The position numbers were made by a program, and so were the translations under genes. A DNA stretch of 64,000 bases from the human T2T-CHM13v2.0 reference genome, Homo sapiens. This document shows positions 54,723-64,000 of this stretch, one piece after another; within the stretch, counting starts at the first letter, position 1; every line of letters begins with the position of its first letter. The stretch lies in assembly GCF_009914755.1 (NCBI RefSeq), contig NC_060927.1, one strand, 5' to 3'. The notes under the pieces were generated by a model. It searched no databases and was not told the DNA's origin. It was given only the letters and a program-made list of their open reading frames with translations.

Positions 54723-55919
54723 CTCCCTGAATTCACTGCTGGATTCTCAAAGAATGCAATATTATTTTAGTAATAGCTGAATATTCATGTTTCTGAAGAT
54801 AAATATGCAAGAACGTATTTTTCTTAGAAAATATAAGAACCAAATTTCTAAATACAAATCAAAATTATATCACTCCATGGTTCCCATTATAATAGATGGC
54901 TGTGAATTGGCACTAGCAGACTTTTAAATTTCATAATTTCAGATACTACATTTGTTTTACTCTTCATTTATTACTAGGGCCTAATCTAGTGCCTGTCATT
55001 GAATAAAAATGTTTGATCTAGTGAAAGTTAAAGTAAAAGATATGAAATAGAATCAGGTAAGTTTAGTAAAAGGACATTATTAAAAATATATATACTGAGG
55101 TATAAGGATGGCTTTAACATTTCCTTTTAGTTTTTGTATGATTAAAAATATAAGTAATTTGAGTGGGTAATACATGAATATCTATATCTATATAAACAGA
55201 TATAAATATGCATATAACTAATACGAATGTTTACATGTAGCATGGAACAAGGCTGTTAAAACATAGATAAGCCTACGAATTCATTGTTTATTTTTAATTT
55301 GGATCATTTGTACACATAATGAGCAAAACATTTGATAATATTAAAATTTGGACAATAATTTGCTGTTAGAAAGTTGTTAGAAGAATTCCTTTTGAAATAC
55401 ATAGAAACCTAGACTAAGAAGTAAATGATTTAATTTTATTTGTGGACATAACAAGAGTAATCATGAAATGCTGACTGATTTTGGTTAAAAAGAAAATTTA
55501 AGCCATTTTAAGCTTATGTGACATAAAGTGAATTTAGTAAATTCAATAAAGTTTATGTCACTTTTTCCACGTATTCTCACCCTAAATGTAAATATCTGCT
55601 AGCCTATGTGTTTACAGGAGGGTAGAGCAAACAAGGAACCATATTCAGACCTGTCTTTTTAAAAGGACATGCCACATTAAAAATATTGTGGACTTAATTT
55701 TGCCTGAATTATATAAAACATACAAGGGGAAAGCTTTTAGAATATTAACATTCAAGAAGCATGTAAATATGATGAAAAAATATAGTAAATCAGTTGGTTG
55801 ATAATTAACTGTTTAGATACATAATTATTGTTTACTGTCTCTAACAAAAATAAGATATAATAATCACAGTAAAATGTGCTGTGGTAGGCAATTTTATTTC
55901 TTAACTTGACCTGTAAATA

Positions 55920-56187
55920 AGTAGCTTTCAACTTTGGCTTTATGTTGAAATCACCCAAAGAGTTTTTTAAAGTACTCATCTTGGTTCCTATTGGATATAA
56001 TTTGGTCCAAGATATAAGAACTAGATTATAGAACTTTTGATATAATTGGTCTATAATTGATATAATAAGAACTAGGATATATAAGATATATAGAACTTTT
56101 GATATAATTGGTTGAGGGTATGGTGTGGCCATTGGATTTTCAGTTAGCTCTATTATTCCAAACTTCATCTAGGGTTAAGGACATTAC
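55920..56187. mobile_element. MER5A1-like hAT MITE with a complex internal insertion
   Basis: tttcaactttggctttatgttgaaatcacccaaagagttttttaaagtact ... gatataattggttgaggg ... agggttaaggac. Confidence 0.6.
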
Positions 56188-56504
56188 TTTAAACAAACAT
56201 GACATTTATCTTAATCAATCACTGTTTATAATGAAGACATGTATTTATTTGGCCAAAATATCAGGTTGCTTAGTCAGATTTTTTTCTTATAGCTTCCTTA
56301 AAATTAGAGTTATTCTGAAAATTCTGATTGATACATTACTTGTGTCTTTTTCACATAACTAAAACAGAATGTAAGAAAGTATGTTATCATAATAATGTCT
56401 CCGAGTTTATTTGATTTTCTGTTTTCATTGACATTTTAAGATATTCTCTTTTTTTGAAATGAGGAATTTACTCATTTATTTTTTATTTTTGCACACTTTC
56501 AAGT

Positions 56505-56570
56505 TTTATTTTATTTTTATTTGATAAATAATGATTGTATATATTTATGAGATACAATGTGATACTTTTA
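56505..56570 (-). mobile_element. L1MA 3' terminal stub
   Basis: ttgataaataatgattgtatatatttatgagatacaatgtgat. Confidence 0.65.
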
Positions 56571-56589
56571 TTTTTCTTAATCTTAATTA

Positions 56590-58140
56590 TTTTAATTTTT
56601 ATTTTTTATTTTATGTTCAGGGGGTACACATGAAGGTTTGTTACTTGGGTAATTTGCATGTTAATGAGGCTTGGTGTATGGGAAATCCCATCACCAAGGT
56701 AATAAGCATAGTACACAGTAGGTAGCCTTCCAACCCACACTCTCCTCCCCACATTCCCACCTCAAGCTGTCCCCAGAGCCTATTGTTCTCTTCTTTGCAT
56801 CCATTTGTATTCAGTGTTTAACTCTCACTTATAAATGAGAACACATACTAGTTAGTTTTTGTCCCTATGTCAGTTCAACTTCAATAAGGTTCTTTGCCAA
56901 GGCTGATGTCCAGAGTGGTATTCCCTAGAGTTTATTCTAGGGTCTTATAGTTTGAGGTCTTGCATTGAAATGTTTTATCCATCTTGGGTTAATTATCATA
57001 TATGGTAAAAGGAAGGGGCTCAGTGTCACTCTTCTGCATATGGCTATCCAGTTATCCCAGTACGATTTATTGAATAAAAAGTCCTTTTCCCATTGTTTGT
57101 TACTGTTGACTTTGTCAAAGATCAGGTGGTTGTAAGTGTGTCGCTTTATTTCTGAGTTTTCTAACCTGTTTCATTGGAATATGTTTCTGCTTTTTTACCA
57201 GTACCATGCTGTTTTGGTTACTGTAGCTCTGTAGTATATAATTTGAAGTCAATTAGTGTGATGCCTCCAGTCTTACTCTTTTTGCTTAGGATTGCTTTGG
57301 TGATTTTGTCTCTTTTTTCTTTCATATGAATTTTAAAATAGCTTTTTATAATTCTGTGAAAAATGACATGTGAGGTTTGACAGGAATAGCACTGAATCTG
57401 TAAATTGCTTTGAGAAGTATGACCATTTTAACAACAGTGAGTCTTTGTATCCATGAGCATGGAATATTTTTTTCATGTGTGTATGTCATCTCTGATGTCT
57501 TTCAGCAGTGTTTTGTAATTATATTGTAGATGTCATTCATATTCCTAGGTATTTTATTCTTTTTGTGGCTATTGTGAATAAAATTGCATTACTGGTTCAT
57601 ATCTCAGCTTGGATGTTATCAATGTATAAAAATGCTACTGATTTTTGTACATTGATATTGTATCCTGAAACTTTACTAAAGTTGCTTATCAGTTCTAGAT
57701 ACTTTCTGGTGGAGTCTATAGAGTTTTCTAGCTACAGAATCATATCATCTGTGAAGAGAGGTAGGTTGACTCCTTCTCTTCCTATTTGGATGCATTTTAT
57801 TTCTTTCTCCTACCTGATTACTCCAGCTATAGCTTCCAGTACTTTGTTGAATAGGACTGGTTACAGTGGGCATCCTTGTCTTGTTTCACTTCTCAAGGGC
57901 AATGCTTCCAGCTTTTGCCTGTTCAGTATGATGTTGGCTGTTGGTTTGCCATGGATAGCTCTTATTATTGTAAGGTATGTTCCTTTGATGCCTTATTTGT
58001 TGAAGGTTTTTAACACGAAGAAATGTTGAATTTTATCAGAGGTCTTTTCTACATCTGAGATGATTATATATTTTTGTGTTTAATTCTGTTTATGTGCTGA
58101 ATCATATTCACTGATTTGTGTATGTTAAATCAACCTTGAA
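56590..58140 (-). mobile_element. L1PA15/16-like, 5'-truncated, with a deletion near 56880
   Basis: ttcagggggtacacatgaaggtttgttac 3' end; ORF2 antisense motifs ccagtaccatgctgttttggttactgtagc, aatgctactgatttttgtacattgat, gggcatccttgtcttgtt. Confidence 0.9.
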
Positions 58141-60299
58141 TTCACAATTAGAAAAGTTGTTTTCCATATTGCAAGTTAGAAAATCAGCTTCTTCACCCAA
58201 AATATACGCTGTAATTTTGAAAAATTCATAATAGTGTAAAAATTTTGAATCTGTACTCTATATTTCATATATGTTTGTTAATATATTATAGATATAATAT
58301 AATAAAGTTCTGTATTTGCCTTGATGAAAGGCATACAAACTCCCTTAGACCAATATTTAAGATCACTTAAGAGCTGAACACTTTTAAGTGATTTATCTAA
58401 TTATTTAACTTCACAAGCTATAATCCAATTTCTAAGTGTTATTATCATAATTTTTCACAATGCCTCACACTTTCGCTGCCTCTGTATAATAATCTAGAGT
58501 ATTTCATCTGCCTGATTTGAGTGCCTTGTCCCATCCATTTATAGCTCATCCATATTATAAAGACAAACTCAAAAGCCTCCCTTCCAAGAATGTTCCCTGA
58601 ATTGCCTTTATAGAAATCTTCATTTTGCTTTGGAAACCACAGCATTTAAATTTTTTTCTAAGAGCGCTTATCATTTTCAATCTAATATTATAATTTCTAT
58701 GGCCACATACTATATGTGTTATCTCAAGCTTTTTAAATAAACCGTAATTACTTTAACTATTTTTTTTTAAATTTTAAAGCATTTTTCACTTTCTCGCAGT
58801 AGGTCATTCGTTTACAATTTTTGAATCATGAATAATATTAGTTAAGTGTAGAAAAATGACTTCTCAGGCATGTCACAAAAACAAATACCTCTCTCAAAGT
58901 ATATTAAATATGTACTTAAGGCCCCAAATAGAATGATATCAATGTACCTTATTAAGTCAATAATAAAAGATTCTATTGCCACAGAATAACTCAAAATTTA
59001 TTATTTCTATTATAAAACATAAATTTTAAATACGGTAACAAGGATAACGCATAAAGTTCTTTTAATAAGCACATAATTCCAGAAGGCTTAAAATGTGTAC
59101 AAAGGTACATTAAATCACAGATGTATAATTATAGAAACATTTACTTGATCTATTTAAAAATCTCTAGAATATATTTGTATAGGGTCATTCAGGCTCCTTC
59201 AATATTTTTCAGTGCTTACTTTGAGCTCATGACTTTTTTAGATTTTTTTCATTGCCTTGGATCATTTTCATTACCATTTCCTTTCCCTCTCTCTTTTTTT
59301 TTCTTGCAGCATCAAAGTTCAAATGGGATTTTTAATAATCCAGTTAAAGTTACCCAAATTATTCTTTCTGAGAAAATATTTCAACTTTCCTTGTTTATAG
59401 TCCCACTGTATCTGTCTCCACAGTAACTATAATAGTTTCAGTTTGTCTCTTGTATCCTTTTTCCTCTTCCTTTCACTATTTTCTCTGCTTCTGTAAAAAA
59501 AGTCTTTAAATAATTTTATAATCTTCTACTTTCCTGTTTCATCCAGTTTCTAGAGTCTTTTTAACGTTATCACTTTATATCTAAGTTGGATTTCTTAAGA
59601 CCTCTACACAAATATACTAAAAATGTTCTAAAAATACACTAAAAATGTTTCTTGCCATAGCAATTTAATCACATTTGTTAAGTATTTATAGGCTTCTGAT
59701 ATTTTACATGAAATAATTTCTTAATAAAATCAAATTGTTGTATAGCTATAAAAAGTTATTGTCTTCTCTAAAAGTGCCATAGAGCCCAAACTTCTATACA
59801 ATGGGGAAATACTTCTCCTCTTGTTAATCCTAAAGTTATCACTTTTATTAAAAGTATACTGTAAGAGAAGACAATTGATAGCATATGAAAAGCTATCATT
59901 GTGATTTGGAAAGGAATAATACCACAAATATTTTAACATTACATTCTTAATGTAATAAGTGTAGAAGCAGAAAGCAATAAGCATATATGAAAGCAACACA
60001 ATGCAAGGCCTAGATATTTTTAAATGGAAGAGATTTTGACCAATAATATGAGGGTGTAATTAAAATAATAATACTAATTCTACTACGTGAAAACAATCTT
60101 CTTAGTATAAACATGTGGCAGTATTAGGCAGGATCTTGTCAGGGCAAGGAGAAAAATTAATGTGAGATATGAAGAATGCAAACCATAACTTGATTTTAAC
60201 AGAGGTTTTAAAAAGCTTGGTAAAAATTATAAGTGACAAAAAATTATAAGCACTATTCTGTGAGAAACTAAACCAGGTAGTACTTTCCTTTGCAGGAAG

Positions 60300-60790
60300 T
60301 ATTCCTAATCAGGTTTATTGTACCTTTGTAAGATATGAATTGATGTTTCCTTCAATTGCAATACGAGAGCTTCATTTTGACCTAGTTAATAAAAAAGTTG
60401 AATTAATTCTCTCAAATAACTGAAACATCTAAGGCAAAATTAAGTTCAGAAACAGAAGGACACCAATTCAAACAATATCATCAGGTCTCCCTTTCTCCAT
60501 CTCTCAGATAAACCCATTCCATGTAGCAAACATGGGCCATTGGCAGCCTACTTTCATTTTTTTTTTCTTAAATGGCAACTCCATAACTTTTCTGCCCTTA
60601 AATCTGTCAATTTCATAGAGACAACTCTGATTTGATTAGTTTAGACCACACTGAACCAATCACTGTAGTCTGAATGAAAGGATATTTTAATTATGTCATC
60701 CATGTGTTGGGAGAGATTCTTTACTAGAGAAAGGGTAAAATGTTCCAGGGAAGCATCAAAATGAAACAAACAGATGTCCATTGCAGACCT
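60300..60790 (-). mobile_element. Old MLT1 (J/K/L-like) LTR fragment
   Basis: actctgatttgattagtttagaccacactgaaccaatcactgtagtc matches the old MLT1 motif. Confidence 0.5.
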
Positions 60791-63700
60791 GACATTCACA
60801 CTTTTCTGAACATTCGTTACCATGTTTGATAGGTTTTTACTGACACTAACTAAAATTTGCTTTTCCTTAATACAAATACCATATAAATGATTGCATTTTA
60901 TCTTATATTGCATCAATTTCTAGTCACATATCAAGTCAATGCCAATTGTAGCAAACCATAACACAGTAATCCAGATGTATTTTCAAAGCACGTTTTAATT
61001 TTTTTTATTTCTATTTTACCACATCCTTCTGTACCTAATGAAAAATGTTTTATTTTTACTTGGGGCTAATTTTTATATCATCGTAGAATTTTTCTAGCAT
61101 TTTCTCTTCTTGTTTCATCTAAAACATATAGAATATTTCCATTTATTAGTTAATATTGAAATCTTTCTTGTCTAGGGTATGAATTATTATAAACATCTCC
61201 CTTGGACTCATGTCCAATGAGTTAATGATTAAGCTTCAACCGTGTAATTTCTAGGCAGGCATTTGCTAATATCACTTGCTAACAATTTTTTTCCTTCAAT
61301 GTTCTGCATTGTCCCACTTTCAATATATTATCTTCTGAGTTTTACTTCTCTAGAGATATAGTTAGAAAAATTTTCAAAAATTACACTATGAGTTTGGAAA
61401 GCTATTTTGTTTTTACCGTTATCCCAACTTCTATATTTGGTGGAGCAGTTGCAAAAAGAATGTAAAACGTAATTGTTTAGAATTGTTTTGATGGACAACT
61501 ACTTCACCCAATAATCAAATTATTTTTCAAATATACTTCAAAATTATAATTGTCTTGCTTATTTTCAGTTCATATTTTATTTATTCTCTTGGTACATCCT
61601 ATTATAGTTCATAAATTGCAACATAAATGAAGTTAAATTATCTTTCCTAATGATTTACAGAAGTCCTTGAACCATAGATTTTATTTATAAACAAATAAGA
61701 ATATTTTGTCATTGTTTATAATGCTATTTTGATGGTTTTCATACAGTAGTACTATAAAATATGACTAATTTGTTTCAGGCAAGGTTCTGATTTATTAATA
61801 CATTGTGTGTTTAATTGCACATATTAGCACATTGCATGCTTATGTTAAATATATCAGTAAACTCAGTTCCTTTCAAAATATGTTTGTACATTATATACAG
61901 ATATATATATATATGTATATACACAGAGAGGTATAAGTGTGTATACAAAAATGTATGTCTACATACAAAAATGCTGTTAGTGCTAAGAAAAATTTTCACA
62001 TACACTATATTTTAATGAAGACTTTCAAGAAAATCAAGCAAATAGAAATTATTTTTTAACCTCTGATTTAAAGTATATATAAGCAATTTTCAAAACCTTT
62101 CATAATATTGTAAATATAAAATGCTTTTAGAGAAAAAAAATAATTTATTTTAAAAAGATACACCTGTTTCTAAAAGGAATGCTCTAAATTCTGATTAGGC
62201 TTTTTCCTTCAAGAGTTACAAAAAAAGTTGACTGTATTTCAGAGTTCTATAAAGTAGTTTTTTGTCAGTGAAACTAATCATTACACAAGAATATAATTGA
62301 CATTTCAAATATTATGATTGCCTTCCTTTTCCACAGTGCAGTCTTTCTCTTAGAGTATAATCATTATCAAAAGAATATGTTTCAAAGCATACAGTAACAG
62401 TAACATTTTCTGCTGCAGATATATATATTTATTTTTACTTATACACTATGCTATGAATTAGCCGTTGTGTTGAGAGAAATTGGTACCATGTAAAATAAAT
62501 ATTTAAAAAATGTTCATTACTTCTTTATGTGCTTATTTCCTTTATCATTCAGGAACTACAACAATGATGCCTAGAGAACAAAGATTGAACTGGGAAGCAG
62601 TAGAGGCCAACTTCTGATTTTGTCTTTTAATATTTCTCCCCACAGAAACACCATAGTAGTAAACTCAAATAAGCAAAATATCTTCATTAAGTAAATAATT
62701 CCTGATGCAAAGTAGTACACAATAGTGGCCACTATGTTCTGAATATTTTAGAAAATGTATAAGCAGTATCACAACATTACATGATATTTGGCTTAAAGTA
62801 ATTAAGCATCAATGCCATCACTACTGCTGTGAAAAAGTTATCAAATATTGTTATATAGGAGGTTGCATGGTGTGGAGTAAATGAGAAAAAAGTTTTTAGC
62901 TCCACTCAAAGCAGATATCGACTGTTCTGTCTTCAAGGATTTTAAAATGAGTAGCCTGTCCCACAGCTCCCTGATTCATTCTGATCTCGCAATGACAACA
63001 TAACATAAACAAGCAAGAAGATCAATCTATATGAAAGGAGTTTGGGGTAGTTATACAAAGTTCAACAGCAGACTGAAATCATTGAACATATTGAAAGAAA
63101 GAAGTAACTTTCCCAGAAATTGAGCTTCGAACATCAGTTACTTGAAGATTTTAAACAGATATATAAGCAAATAAGAGATGTTTGGACACAGGCTAAACCA
63201 ACTAGGATAAGAACTTATTCAACACAATATTACCCAGACTGGTCAAGAAAAGTTCCCAGTGACATAGGTGATATTTACCACCAGTTTTTCAGTAAGAAGA
63301 GACCAGAAATTGTCAGAACTTAATTTACAGTATTATTTATGTACAGAATTATTGTTAAGTACCTAGTGTTTTCATTATAGATCGCGGACTTGTTAATTTA
63401 TTGTACTGTTCTTACTTTACTAGAGTGTATTTTGAATGGTTGGGATGTGAATCACATACTGTAATATAAAGTCTAGGTAGACTGTTTAGATTTCGATGTT
63501 TGATTGTGTTGATAGGGTTCTATCCTACCCACAATCTTTCCTTGAATTTGTAGGATTTAAATGCCCACTCGATTAAATCATTATTGAGATATGATATTCT
63601 TCTAAGAAGTAGGAGTAGATAGAGGTTAAATGAGCTATATGGAATACACCTTTGTATATTCTAAAGCGATCAGCAACACAAAATTTTGTGGATGACAGTG

Positions 63701-64000
63701 TTGTCTGTAACAATTGCTGTATTTCATATATACAACATGTTCTTGTTTCTCATATTAAAAAAAGTGTTCAAAATGATTATTTTTAAAGAGAAAAATTATA
63801 TCTTATTGGTGAGGTAATATAAATGAGGAGAGATTTAAAAAGTTGTTATAAAATCAACCTTATCTAATACCAGAAATGCACTGTTATCATTTTTAAGTGA
63901 ATACATCAATATGACTTTATATACGGGTAAATATAAATGTTTTCCATTAATTCTAATAAAAATTAGAAAGTTAAGTATTTTTTTGAAATGAGAATTATGA

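Noticed and set aside
57508-58029. 173-aa hydrophobic ORF
   Set aside because: Antisense frame of L1 ORF2.
58362-58392. Hairpin atcacttaagag-N7-cttttaagtgat
   Set aside because: Short, AT-rich, no supporting context.
63000-63323. 67-aa ORF / possible CR1-L3 fragment
   Set aside because: TTG start and no recognisable protein. The CR1 resemblance is too weak to call by eye.

Overview
This is AT-rich, CpG-poor primate (human-like) intergenic or deep-intronic DNA made largely of nested fossil transposable elements. I see no credible protein-coding gene, RNA gene, CpG island or CRISPR array. The supplied ORFs are chance or repeat-derived frames. Recognisable content: a Tigger1 end; several old L1 and L2 pieces; MIRs; nine Alus; MaLR LTRs (MLT1, MST, THE1, including one two-LTR THE1D element); a complete non-coding MER61-type (MER4-group ERV1) provirus with 4-bp TSD; and a truncated class III-like ERV with an env remnant and LTR. 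I found no evidence for a new multi-gene biological system. The most interesting observations are structural. (i) A MER11 LTR has collapsed to 69 bp but keeps both termini and its TSD. (ii) A 167-bp segment is duplicated 4.1 kb away. (iii) The MER61 provirus keeps the signal layout of a spliced LTR-driven lncRNA and carries gag-start relics near its 3' end. (iv) An env-bearing ERVL-like remnant has a tandem-amplified U3 and a TATA-plus-splice-donor cassette. (v) An L1 has a huge internal deletion and a possible 5' transduction. Family names come from recalled consensus sequences, not a database search. Boundaries of old elements are approximate.
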